A stretch of 64,000 nucleotides of DNA, taken from positions 23,818,184-23,882,183 of the forward strand of contig NC_081359.1 of NCBI RefSeq assembly GCF_030684315.1, written 5' to 3'. Source of the DNA: Stegostoma tigrinum. Taxonomy: Eukaryota. This document shows, one piece after another, positions 37,892 to 50,415 of the stretch; positions within the stretch are counted from its first letter, which is position 1; each line of letters opens with the position of its first letter. The position numbers and the translations under genes were made by a program. The notes beneath the pieces were generated by a model that saw only the letters and a list, made by a program, of their open reading frames with translations, was not told the DNA's origin and did not search any database.

Positions 37892-38509
37892 CGAAAGGGT
37901 GTGAAGTTCTTTTTTTCCCAGAAAAATATAATAAAACATAGCAACAAGCACAAGGACAAAAAATTGGGCAATGAGCTTGCAAAGAAAGTGGAGGGAAGAG
38001 GGGAATCTAGAACAAATGGGAGAATAAAGGCTGCCATGACTAATGGTCTTTTTGAGTCTTTGAGTAGCAGGAATTAAACCTGAGCCCCAACTGCTTAGTT
38101 GCTGATCAATTTCCTCGGGAGTGAAGCTTGTAAAGACCTTTGATTTCTCAGTCATTGGAGGGTTTTCCACATTGTTGTTTATTTTTCCCAAACACTGGTT
38201 TGCTGTGATTGAGATTGAAATTATTGTGTTTTATATGCTTTCACCACTGAATATAGATTTGGCATGAGCTATAAAATCCAGTAAATTGTGAGTTTTCAAT
38301 TTGAGCACAGTCTTAATCGAGCAAGGCAATGTTGGTTGCAGTAAGGGAATCATAGGTCATCATTTGCTGCTTTTCTGTGACAGTCTAAAGATATAATTCT
38401 TCAAATTTCCATGCTCCAGCGTGAAGACTTCAGCAATACATGCTTTGTTTATGTGCAGGCGGTTCCCAGTTGGTGAAGTTAATCTGACATGAAATGATAC
38501 GTCACTTGC

Positions 38510-38800
38510 TTAAATCTTTGTAACCAGCTGGAAGGATACAGACACTAGATGTTTGGGAGTGCCACCGCCTCCAAGACCCCCTCAAAGACACCCACCATTC
38601 AGACTTGGAATTATATTGCAATTCCTCCGCTTCACTGGGTCAGAATCTTGAAGCTCCATTCCTAACAACACAGTGACTGATCCTACACTCCAGGAGGTTC
38701 ATGAAGACCACTTACCACCAGCTTCATGGTACAGTTAAAGACGGCAATAAATGCTGACCAAGCCAATGATGTCTGTATCTGTTGAATGAATATAAAAATA
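38510..38800 (+). mobile_element. CR1-like family 2 3' end
   Basis: caccattcagacttggaattatattgc...ggcaataaatgctgacc...gaatgaatataaaa. Confidence 0.7.
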
Positions 38801-39989
38801 AATTAAACTCTGCAATCTTTGGCAATTATGGTGATATGCTTCATTCTTATTCCGCCATTAAAATGGACAACTTTATATTTTTCCATATTTCTTCACATTT
38901 GCCAGATTTTTGTCCACTCATTTAATGTATTTTTTAAAAAAATCTCCTTAAGTATCCTTCACAACAGACATTCCGACCTATCTTTGTGTCATCAGCAAAT
39001 TTAGACATGATGACTTTGGTCTCCTTATCTAAGTCATTTACATGATTTGTAAAAGGTTGAGGTCTCAGCACTGATCTCTGTTGCAGACCAATTGTTACAT
39101 CACCAGTAATTAGTGACCCATTTATGCCTTCCCTACATTTCCTGTTAACTAGTCAAATCTCTATCCATGTAAATATGTTACCCATTACACCAGAAACATC
39201 TATTTTGCATAATTTGCACAACCTTTGACCTGACACTTCACCACATGCTTCTGGAAATCTAAGTATAATACATTCATCAATTTTCCTTTATCAACAACAC
39301 ACAATACTTTTTTCAAAGAAAACTTAACTGGTTAAACATGATTTTCTTTTTACAAATCATATTCATTCTGCCCGATTATCTCAAACTTTTCTAAGTACCT
39401 TGTCATGAAGTTTTTTTTAATAACATTTTACAACATTTTACCTGAGACCAAAATTAAACTAATTGACCTGTGGTTGACTGTCTCACTCCCTTTTTGGAGT
39501 CTCTATTTTTCAAACTCATGAAACTTTTACCCAAATCCAAGGAATCTAAGTAAATTAGAACCAACACATGAATAAGTCCACTAGATATTTCTTTTCAGAA
39601 CATAAAATGAAGTCCATGAGATATTAAGGGCTCATCAGCCCATATGCCCAATATGTTGCTTAGTGCCACTTCCTGATGACGGCAATCTTCATGAGTTCCT
39701 CCCTGCCTTCCATTTTCTGATTTATAATTATTTTTGGGTTATTACTTACATTCTCTGAAATGATTGTCTGAAGCAAAATAGTTGCTCAATTCATCTGTTG
39801 TCTTCTTATTTCCTATTGCTAACTTCCCAGTTTCACCTCCTTTAAGACCAGTGTTTACTTTATCAACTTTTTTTTATTTAAGTATCTATAGAAAGTGATA
39901 CTTTCCACTTATTATTTCTTAATTTCACCCTTTGTATCAAATTAATCCTGTCTTCTTTGTATGACTGAGGCTCAGCTGTTTCGGTTGGA

Positions 39990-40218
39990 GAGTTCCAGCT
40001 CCTTAATAATTTTGACAGGCCCCCAGTTCTCGGCAATTTCTGCGAGCCCCAGGTTATTGACAGTTTTGAGAGCCCTCAGTCCCCTTGGCAGTTTGATAGC
40101 TCCCCCCCAACTTTCTTTGGCAGTTAGGCAGGCCCCAGTCTTCAGAAGTTGGAGAAGGCCTCAGTCCTCAGAGCCCGTTCTTTTGTAGTTGGGCAGGGCC
40201 TGGCCTTCAGCAGTAGCC
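39990..40218 (+). repeat. Degenerate ~26-bp minisatellite
   Basis: About 8 units resembling aggccccagttcttggcagtt(n). Confidence 0.6.
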
Positions 40219-40377
40219 TTTACATGAAACCAAGAGGCTATGGAATGAAAAAAAAACTGATACTTTTTTTAACTTGATCTCATTTCTAAAATATTTTAAT
40301 GTGTAATTTATGTTTTTTTTGTGGCAACTTATGTATATTTTACTCCATTTTCCCAAATACAAGTAGCAATAAATTTC

Positions 40378-40415
40378 TTTCTATGTATCTATCTGTCTGT
40401 CTATCTATCTATCTA
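40378..40415 (+). repeat. (TCTA/TCTG)n microsatellite
   Basis: tctatgtatctatctgtctgtctatctatctatcta. Confidence 0.8.
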
Positions 40416-41141
40416 TTTTTTTTAATTGACCAAGGAAGGTGGGTATTTTCCATTCTTGTTGGAAAGTATCTATCATTTATATTCTGAAATATCAGCTTAT
40501 ATGTATTCCACTACTTCCCTTTTGACCTATTCTTTCACCCAATTTGCCAGTTCACTTTAGCTAGTTTTGCTAACGTGCCCTCATTACTGCCTTCTCAAAC
40601 TTCTCAAAACACATTAGTTAAATCAGACTAGATTATCAAAAATACTGAAAAAAAGTCCTGTATTTCTGACCCACTACAACTGACAGCATTCTTTGTTCAA
40701 GCAATGGGAATAGAGGACTTATTATGCTCAAACTTGCTATCCAAACTCAATCATCAGAAAACACAAAGCCCTCGAACGATCTTGCGATCTGGTAATTTAG
40801 ATAACCCTCCAGCTCTGGGGCAGAGACAGTACCAACACCAGAGATGGACAACAAAGCATTAACACTTCCAGGGATTAGAACTGTTTATCTCAAAAGAATA
40901 TGGCAGTGTGCCACAAGAACTCAGCCTGGTAATAACTTGAGGGAATGGAAATGTAATAAATGATTTCATCTTGTCAGTCAAGGTTCAGGCATTAGATATT
41001 TCAAAAGCGATGAAGTATCAAATACATGGCTCAGTTCTGCTTACAACATTAAATCATCATGATTAATTGGTAGTTTTTTATGCTGCAATTTATACCTAAC
41101 TAGGTCGAACCAAACAAGAGAAAACCTGATACAATTAAATC

Positions 41142-41517
41142 TTAAGACCATAACAGCATAAGAATAGGAACAGGAATGGGTCATTCAAGCCTGCTCCACC
41201 ATTCAATAGGACCACAGCTGATCAAACATTCCTCATAGCCACTTTCCTGCTCACTCCCCATAATCCTTGATTTCCCTTAAGATTAAAAATCTTTTCATCA
41301 CAGCCTTAAATATAAACAAGGACCCTGTCCTCAGAGTTTTCTGTGACAAAGAGTTCCAAAGACTGACAACCCTCTGAGAAAAGAAATTCATCCTCATCTC
41401 AGTCTTAAATTGTCAACTCTTTATTGAGACTATGCCCTCTGCTCCTAGATTTTCCGATGAAACACCCACTCAGCATTTCCCTGTGAAGCGCCTTAAGAGA
41501 TCCTGTATGTTTCAATC
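41142..41517 (-). mobile_element. CR1 3' fragment
   Basis: taagaccataa...ataggaacaggaatgggtcattc...ccctctgagaaaagaaattcatcctcatctc. Confidence 0.75.
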
Positions 41518-41559
41518 TTGCCACAATGCAAGGCAGAATAGAATCCTTTGTGCAATTTC

Positions 41560-41900
41560 CAGACTATGCCCATTTGGGAAGATTAGCAGAAGGAAACATC
41601 CCAGTAAAATCTCTGAATCTATTACAAGCATTTGTTTCCATATTTGGCCCGACATCCTGTATGGACCTCATACTGATAGTTCTGTGTGGAATTCAAAGGA
41701 CATTTGGACTTCGCTGTCGTCAATGTCACAGTCTGTTACAAGGATGACAATATGCTACTGGAAAGAGCATGGATTAAGAAGGGAGTTATCGATGGACATT
41801 TAGATATGGAAACAAAAGACCTGACAAGATGTTATGAAGTGAAACATTTTGGCTTTGTTTTGGGCATCAGGGGCAAATGGCTAGAAGATACCAACTTCTT
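41560..41900 (+). mobile_element. RTE-clade LINE C-terminal remnant
   Basis: AHLGRLAEGNIP, DILYG and GLR resemble the RTE ORF end GH..RM...RIPK.ILYG...P.LRYKD. Confidence 0.45.
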
Positions 41901-42568
41901 AATGGATTTTCTAAAAAAACAGAAGGAACAATTAATCTGCCCAGCAGGCATTTCAACTTATAACAGCACTTACCCTAATTTTCAGTGACAAATGCTGTAT
42001 TGGAAATGACCTTGTGGCCTACTCAAGGTCATGCTTTTCAGCACATGACTTTTTTAAAAAATGGGATCTATGGATGGAGTATGGATCTCTACCTCTTATC
42101 ACTTCAGTGTTAATTCACCATTACAGCAATTCCACATCCTTGAGTAATACCATCAGAATAGTCCCTATGTCAGGCCTGGATCTGTTCACATATCCCCTAC
42201 TTTACAACAGCTTGATTTGATAATACATAATATTTCGCTGCAATAATGAGTGATATCAATATTTGGAAAAGGCACTATTAAGTCCGTTAAGGAAATCAAG
42301 AGAAAGTTCTTTACTGAGGGACAGGTCTGAATATGGAAGTTGCTGATTCAAGATGTAATTTCGGCAACTGACACAAGTGCTTTTAAGGGGTAAGCAGGTA
42401 ATACGCTGAAAGTGAAAGGAATAAAGAGATATGTTGTTGGGGTTAGATGAAAAAGCATTGTGGGTGCTTTAGGGTAGCAACACAAGCAAATCCTTCTGCT
42501 TTCCTGTAAATGCTATGATTTGCACTCTGTGGTAGTAAAGGCAGTGAAACTGTCAGAATTTGCAACAT

Positions 42569-42654
42569 GTCTAGGCCCGAAACGTCAGCTTTTGTGCTCC
42601 TGAGATGCTGCTTGGCCTGCTGTGTTCATCCAGCCTCACATTTTATTATCTTGG
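42569..42654 (+). mobile_element. Penelope terminus fragment (family A, young)
   Basis: Nearly identical to 25298-25383. Confidence 0.9.
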
Positions 42655-43454
42655 GAAACTGACAGCAACTTTGGTTGTTCATGCATGTTCTGAAAAGTAT
42701 GGAAATTGTTTTCCCTTAAGGACAGGGTTTCCTTTCTGTGAGAGGAGAATGTCTCATTCTGTGGTGATTAAAACTACCTCTAGCCTACAATTGCTTTGAA
42801 TTAAAGTTAGCAGACCACCAACCATGAATTTGACCAGAGCTGCAGAATATAACGTCCCTTTTTACTTATGGGCAGCTTTCTGTAAGATCAGTGACAAAAG
42901 CCATCATTTTACCACTGACTCAAAGTCGAGCTTAGCCAAATTGGTTCGTTCCTTTTAAAGTTTTTTTTTGCATTTGTACATGAAATGAGGTTGTCTTTGG
43001 CTGTGCTAGATTTTATTGCTTATCTCCAATTGTTCCTTGAATTGACTGGCTTGCTAAGGCCATTTCAAAAGCCTAACCCCATTGTTGTTGGGCTGTCGTC
43101 ACATGTGGGCCACACCGATTAAAGGCAATAGATTGCCTTCCGTAAAGGACATTTTTTCTAACAACAATTAACAATCTTACACAGTTGCCATCAAGCTGAT
43201 CTTTAATCCAGATTTTGTGGCTGAGTACAAATTTCACCAACTGGCATGATTGGATTTGAACCCATGGTCTCCCATAGCATAGATTAGGTCTTCAGTATAC
43301 TAGACCAGTGAAATTACCACTACAAAATTGTCTCAATTAAAGTTATCAAAATTCATATTTTGTTCAGAATGGCCACAGTCTTGAAAAATGAGTTTAGTGG
43401 CACTGTGTTCGATGAATAAGGTTTTGCAATAAGTTAATGGAGAATCTTTCAAAC

Positions 43455-43864
43455 TGAGAGTCATAAAGTAATACAGCATGGAAACAAACCCTTCAGTCCA
43501 ATCAATCTGTGCCAACCACACCTCCTAATCTGACCTACTCCTATTTGCCAGCATTTAGCCCATATCCCTCAAAACTCTTCCTCTTCATATACCCATCCAG
43601 CTGTCCTTTAGGTGTTGTAATTGTACCAGCCTTCATTTCTTCCTCTGGCAGCTTGCTCCATTTGCACACAAACCTATGTGCTCTAGTTTTGGACTCTCCC
43701 ATCCTAAGAAAAAGACATTGGCTATTTATCCTGTCCATGTCCCTCATGATTTTATAAACATCAAGAAGGTCACCCCCAGCCTGTTACACTCCAGGGAAAA
43801 AAAAAACACACCAGCCTATTCAACCTGTCCCTATAGCTTAAGCCTTCTAATCCTGGCAAAATTC
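43455..43864 (-). mobile_element. CR1 3' fragment (host of nested cluster; resumes at 47099-47200)
   Basis: MRDMDRINSQCLF...ESKTRAHR; ...cctggcaaaattc continues as attcttgtaaatc after the insert. Confidence 0.8.
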
Positions 43865-45501
43865 ATTTTTTTCACAGGAACAGGCCCTTCAGTCCTCCAA
43901 GCCTGCGCCAATCGAGAACCTCTGTTTAACCTGTCATCTGTTTTCTAAGGGTCTGTGTCCATTTGCTCCCCACCCATCCATGTACCTGTCCAGATATATC
44001 TTAAAAGACGCTAACGTGTCTGGGTCTACCACCTCCGCTGGCAACGCGTTCCGGGCACCCACCACCCTCTGCGTAAAGAACTTTCTACACATATCTCCCT
44101 TAAACTTTCCTCCTCTCACTTTGAACTCATGACCCCGAGTAATTGAGTCCTCCACCTCTGGGAAAAAGCTTCTTGCTATCCACCCTGTCTATACCCCTCA
44201 TGATTTTGTAGACCTCAATCAGGTACCCCCTCAATCTCTGTCTTTCTAATGAAAATAATTCTAATCTACTCAACCTCTCTTCATAGCTAGTGCCATCCAT
44301 ACCAGGCAACATCCTGGTGAACCTCCTCTGCACCCTCTCCAAAGCAACCACATCCTTTTGGTAATGTGGCGACCAGAACTGTACACAGTACTCTAAATGT
44401 GGCCAAACCAAAGTCTTATACAACTGTAACATGACCTGCCAACTCTTGTACTCAATACCCTGCCCAATGAAGGAAAGCATGCCGTATGCCTTTTGACCTG
44501 AGTTGCCACCTTCAGGGAACAATGAACCTGAAAACCCAGATCTCTCTGTTCATCAATTTTCCCTAGGACTTTTCCATTTACTGTATAGTTCGCCCTTGAA
44601 TTAGATCTTCCAAAATACATCACCTTGCATTTGCCCAGATTGAACTCCATCTGCCGTTTATCTGCCCAACTCTCCACAGTATCTATATTTTGCTGTAATC
44701 TCTGACAGTCACCTTCACTATCTGCTCCTCCACCAATCTTAGTGTCATCTGCAAACTTGCTGATCAGACCACTCCTACACCTTCCTCCAAATCATTTACG
44801 TATATCACAAACAAGAGTGGTCCCAGCACAGATCCCTGTGGAACACCACTAGTCATAGGTCTCCAATTTGAGAAACTCCCTTCTACTAATACTCTCTGTC
44901 TCCTGTTGCCTAGCCAGCTTTATATCCATCTAGCTAGCACACCCTGGATCCCATGTGACTTCACTTTCTCCATCAGCCTGCCATGGGGAACCTTATCAAA
45001 CACCTTACTGAAGTCCATGTATATGACATCTACGGCCTTTCCCTCATCAATCAACTTTGACACGTCCTCAAAGAATTCTATGAAGTTGGTAAGACATGAC
45101 CTCCCCTGCACAAAACCATGTTGTCTATCACTGATAAGCCCATTTTCTTTCAAATGGGAATAGATCCTATCCCTTAGTATCTTTTCCAGTAGCTTCCCAA
45201 CCACTGACGTCAGGCTCACTGGTCGATAATTACCTGGATTATCCTTGCTACCTTTTTTAAACAAGGGGACAACATTAGCAAGTCTCCAGTCCTCCAGGAC
45301 CTCACCCGTGTCTACGGATGCTGCAAAGATATCTGTTAAGGCCCTGGCTATTTCCTCTCTCGCTTCCCTCAGTAAGCTGGGATAGATCCCATCTAGACCA
45401 GGGGACTTGTCCACCTTAATGTCTTTTAGGATGCCCAACACTTCCTCCTTCCTTCTGTTAACTTGTCCCTCTCCTTGGTGAATACCGATGCAAAGTACTC
45501 A
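43865..45501 (-). mobile_element. CR1 LINE ORF2 (RT) fragment; continues at 46768-47098
   Basis: Peptides KSPGLDGIYP, PLFKKG, NYRPVSLTSVVGK, QHGFVQGRSCLTN, YMDFSKVFDKVPH and LEYCVQFWSP; frameshifted. Confidence 0.93.
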
Positions 45502-45502
45502 T

Positions 45503-46380
45503 GGAACATAGAACATAGAAAATAGAACATTACAGCACAGTACAGGCCTAATGGCCCTCAATGTTGTGCCGACCTGTCATACCGATCTGAAGCCCATCTA
45601 ACCTACACTATTCCATGTATGTCCATATGCTCATCCAATGACGACTTAAATGTACCTAAAGTTGGCGAATCTACAACCGTTGCAGGCAAAGCGTTCCATT
45701 CCCTTACTACTCTCTGAGTAAAGAAACTACCTCTGACATCTGTCCTATATCTTTCACCCCTCAGTTTAAATCTATGCCCCCTCATGCTCGCCGTCACCAT
45801 CCCAGGAAAAAGGCTCTCCCTTTCCAACCTATCTAACCCTCTGATTATTTTATATGTTTCAATTAAGTCACCTCGCAATCTTCTTCTCTCTAATGAAAAA
45901 AGCCTCAAGTCCCTCAGCCTTTCTCATAAGACCTTCCCTCCATACCAGGCAACATCCTAGTAAATCTCCTCTGCACCTTTTCCAAAGCTTCCACATCCTT
46001 CTTATAATGCAGTGACCTGAACTGTACGCAATACTCCAAGTGCGGCCGGACCGGAGTTTTGTACAGCTGCAGCATAACCTCTTGGTTCCGGAACTCGATC
46101 CCTCTATTAATAAAAGCTAAAACATTGTATGCCTTCTTAACAGCCCTGTCAACCTGGGTGGCAACTTTCAATGATCTGTGTACATGGACACCGAGATCTC
46201 TCTGCTCATCTACACTGCTAAGAATCTTACCATTAGCCCTGTACTTTGCATTCCGGTTACTCCTACCAAAGTGCATCACCTCACACTTGTCTGCATTAAA
46301 CTCCATTTACCACCTCTCAGCCCAGCTCTGCATCTTATTTATGTCTCTCTGCAACCCGCAGCATCCTTCGTCACTATCCA
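45503..46380 (-). mobile_element. Young CR1 LINE 3' fragment nested in CR1
   Basis: MEFNADKCEVMHFG...RPHLEYCVQF...RRFTRMLPG and an (AACATAG)n tail. Confidence 0.93.
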
Positions 46381-46691
46381 GTCACTGGACCGTTGGGAGC
46401 AGGGGGTGGTGGGGGGCGGCGTTCAGGGTGGGTAAGGCGGGGGGGGGGCTGGCTGCTTCCTTGGGGGGGGGGGTGGTGGTGCACGGTAGATGGTGTAGGC
46501 CAGGCAGAGTGTGGAGAGGCTGGTGTGGATGTGAGCGGACGGTGGATAGGTCATTGGGGGCAGGTGAAGGGTTCATTGGGGGACGGGGGTGGTGGCTCAG
46601 GAAAAGTCGAGAGAGGATTGGGGGTGGACAGCATCGATCGGGGGCTGAATGGCCCACGATCTGGTGGTCTCGAGAGGATCTGAGTAGCCCC

Positions 46692-46714
46692 ATACACCCC
46701 ACACACATACACAC

Positions 46715-46766
<52 letters not shown>
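46692..46766 (+). repeat. (CA)n microsatellite
   Basis: Visible directly in the sequence. Confidence 0.95.
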
Positions 46767-46767
46767 G

Positions 46768-47098
46768 CCATTTTCTCTGGCTCAGCGCATAACTTTACTT
46801 CTTTATCCTTAAGTGGGCCAATCCTTTCTCTAGTTACCCTCTTGCTCTTTATATATGAATAAAAGGCTTTGGGATTTTCCTTAACCACGTTTGCCAGCAA
46901 TATCTCATGTCCTCTCTTAGCCCTCTTAATGCCTCATTTCAGATTCGCTCTACATTCCCCATATTCTTCCAAGGCTTTGTCTGTCTTCAGTCGCCTAGAC
47001 CTCATGTATGCTTCCTTTTTCCTCTTGGTTAGTCTCACAATTTCACCTGTCATCCATGGTTCCCTAATCTTGCCTTTACTATTCCTCATTTTCACAGG
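46768..47098 (-). mobile_element. CR1 ORF2 upstream part
   Basis: LANVVKENPKAFYSYIKSKRVTRERIGPLKD. Confidence 0.9.
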
Positions 47099-49261
47099 AT
47101 TCTTGTAAATCTTTTCTACACCCTCTGAATTTTAACAACATTCTTTTCTTGTAGGAGGGTGACCAGAATTGTATGTAGTATTCTAAAATACACCTCACTT
47201 GTTGGGTTGAATGAAGCCAGCGGTTTGCCAACAAGCAGTGCCTGAAGCATTAATCCTATTTATGATATATTACCCTAAGGAACACAAACTTGATTCTATC
47301 TGCAACAAGAATGTTGTCCCTTCTGAGTAAATCAAGTTGCAATAGCTGGTTAGCATCTTGCCACAACTATAAAACATATAGAGTATTGATTTTTGAATTC
47401 CATGATTTGATTTAATACCAGAGACTCACGTGGACAAAAATGGCTTTAGAGAAGGTCGTATAAACACTGACCTAAAATGGCCACAGGCACCGCCCGACAA
47501 CAAAAGGTAACATGTTTCAACAAGTTTTAGACAAGAGACAGCCAAGTTGAAATTAACATTTGATAACAAAACAAATGATAAAAGTCAACCTCACTGCAAA
47601 AAGTGTAAAAAAAGTTCCTCACCTCCTGATTAATTCTTATCATCATGAGAATTTTTCACATGTTGTGGGTGAAACACTTAATTCTGGGATTTCTCATAAC
47701 TAAACGTGATTAATCTAACCTGTAGTACCACATCAATTCGAAAGCTTCTGTCTTCCCATAATGCATCGGAAAAGCACAGACGAAATTCCTGACAGGCCTA
47801 ACAGCTTTTATTTCAAGTTACATCATTTTACCTCATTTAGCTGATCCTGCATTTGTCTCAAGAGAAAATAATACATTTTAGCTTTTAATGGAACTTTCAT
47901 TGTACCTGTGAATCTGTATCACATATCACAGGAGAAGGCAGATCTAAAAGGAATAACTGTTTTTGAAGAAACACCTTGGAGATTGATCACTCTTTTAACT
48001 TTGTTAGATATACCTCAAAGAAATGTTTTTAAAAAGTGCCCATTTAACATATATTTCTTTGTCACCCTGGCCTATTTTAGATTTTTTTTAACAAACCTGT
48101 TCAGACAGGTTATGATGTTCCTCTGGAGCAGGTGGGGTTTGAACCCAGCCTTCTGTCTCAGAGGCCTGGTCATGAACACTGCATCACAAGAGTCCCTTTG
48201 CGTTATTTTTATGCCATAGTCCAATCAACAACACATCTGCAGCCTGTTTATTTTTTAAAAATGGCATTTGCTGAATTTAATTCCTGTCATTGGTGTCATG
48301 ATCTCTGGCTCCTGCTGCTTGCCCTGTTCACTCATGTCGACATGATCCATATAGTGTCCTGCATTCAGTATTTTGTAACACAAAATATTATTGAGATTAA
48401 CCAGGCAAGGACATAACCAAAAAGCAGTGAGTTCTGTTATTAACAAACATGAATTTTCCATTGAAAGTGATCTTAAATGTGTTAATCAATGAAAGGTCAA
48501 TTTTCCAGAATACACAAATATACTAATTTACAGTGGCCTGATGCTAATAAAGTTCATACATTTCGTGTGGAGGCTTTGAGCATGAAAAGTGCATTTTATT
48601 TTCCCAAAACAAAACTCCAAAAATGAAAACTTTCTGTTAGGCTTGCATAATTATTTGTTCCAAACAATGCTATCATAATGCAAGTGCCTAAGTTTAAAAT
48701 GAAGGGTCAGAGTCAACCCTTCACAGGATTTTTTTTGATCAGGGACTAATTGAGTTAGACATTTTATTTAATCCTCAGAGTAACTGGGGACAGGGTGCTT
48801 GAAATGCAAGTGCAGAGATCAGAAAGTCCAGAGCTGATGTGCAGATAACAGTTCTTGTCTCACAAGTCTGCTCTCTTGCTTAATGAATAAGAGTGCTCTG
48901 AAGTGGTTTCATTTCAAAAGTGGTGCTGTGGGGAGTGGCTGCCTGGGGTGGCTATGACATTTCACAACGGATGGTCTGGACTTAAATACTAATTGATAAA
49001 GTGCTCAACTTTGTTTTCCAAACTCTCTGATGCTTCGTCCATCCCAATCTCTTCCAGACTGAAAATCCTCTGAAATCTCAGTACTCCTCTGATCCTCATC
49101 TCCCATACAATCGGCATTTTAGTCACCCCTCAATGAATAACTGAAATGGTGCAATTCCTACAGCTTTGGATAATTCTCATGAAAGCGAGAAATCTTGCCT
49201 CAGAACTACAGAGAGGACAATTAACACATCTCTACTTTTCTTTCAGATCCAAGTCAAACAT

Positions 49262-50010
49262 CTTGTATTTGTATAGCACATTTAACACAGTAAATGTCCC
49301 GTATCATTTGCAGGAACTTGAGAAAAACAATATTTGACACCCAAGCCTCAAAAGGAGAAACTGGAGCAGATGGTCGAATGCTGAGAGAAAGTAATAGGAT
49401 TGAGGAGTATGTTAAAGGATGAGAGAGAGTTAGAGAGGGAGAGAGGTATATTTAGAGAATCTTAGAACTCCCAGGGCAGCTGTAAACATAGCTAGCAGCT
49501 GTGTAGAAATTAAAAAGGTGCATGTTCAAGAGGACAGAATTTGATAAATGCCTCTATTTTAGATGGTTCCAGCGCTGGGGGAAATTATCAGGTTGTTGAA
49601 GAGTCAAACTGAGGAGGGATTTGAAAACAAAGATGAGAATTTTATAAATCAGGTGTTGATTAACTAGGAGTCACTGTAGGCCAGTGTGAGAGGGGGTGAT
49701 CGATAAATAGGACAGTTGCAGGTTAGGGCACAAAGAGTAGAATTTTTGTTGATTCGTGTTAATGAAGAGTAGAAGATGGGAGGTCAGCCAAGAGCATGAT
49801 GGAACTATTTAGTCTTGAAATAAATGGGTGAGAGTTTCAGAGGTAGATGAGCTGATATGGGCAGAGGGTAGTGGGCAAAGTTGTGGAGGTAGAAGTAGGT
49901 AGACTTAAAAGATGGTGCAGTTATTTGACTGGAAAGCAATGATTCAATGTCAAATATGAGACCAAGGTTGCAAATAGTATGACTCAGCATCAGACTGTTG
50001 CCAAGGATAC
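49262..50010 (-). mobile_element. L2 LINE remnant
   Basis: Tail cttgtatttgtatagcacatttaa; minus-strand peptide ICNLGLIFD...YFYLHNFA. Confidence 0.75.
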
Positions 50011-50314
50011 ACACAGAGCTATCTACAGCAGTTTGTTTCTGTAATATTATGCTTTAAACTTAAAAAAAGGCAAATGAAAATGTTAAAAACGTATGCTACT
50101 TTTGATATACAATGTAATAGCATCAATAACATCATGATTAACAATCCAACTTCAAAAGGAACAGAGGCTTAAAGTATCAACCTCTGTAGTTCATTTCTTA
50201 TCTCAGAATGTTAGAAGGAAAGAATCCTGTGAGAAGACTTAGACTGATAAGACCCATGTGAGGAGGCTTTAAGGAATTACAAGGCATTGGAATGGAGCTT
50301 AGTTGGAGACAAAA

Positions 50315-50415
50315 ATACTGCATCTATTGGAATCCAAGGTAGACAAACATGAGGCTGGAAGAACACAGCAAGCCAGGCAGCATCTGGCAGAAAACAGCAG
50401 TCAACGTTTCGGGTA
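50315..50415 (-). mobile_element. Penelope terminus, single arm
   Basis: actgcatctattggaatccaaggtagacaaacatgaggctggaagaacacagcaagccaggcagcatc...gtcaacgtttcggg. Confidence 0.75.

Larger units (their letters stand above)
38850..40600 (-). mobile_element. Old CR1 LINE remnant
   Basis: tgtgtcatcagcaaattta (FADD on the minus strand) and cttctggaaatctaagtata (YLDFQK on the minus strand). Confidence 0.7.

Noticed and set aside
37559-38191. 210-aa minus-strand ORF
   Set aside because: It crosses from flanking DNA into an off-frame PLE sequence; a chance fusion.
39990-40218. CRISPR-like array
   Set aside because: Vertebrate DNA, degenerate tandem units without unique spacers, and no cas genes.
46059-46900. 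267-aa and 172-aa ORFs
   Set aside because: Chance read-through across CR1 sequence, the G-rich insert and the (CA)n repeat.
47620-47950. Short minus-strand exon candidates
   Set aside because: Donors are weak, the implied introns are implausibly short, and stops occur in the linking frames.
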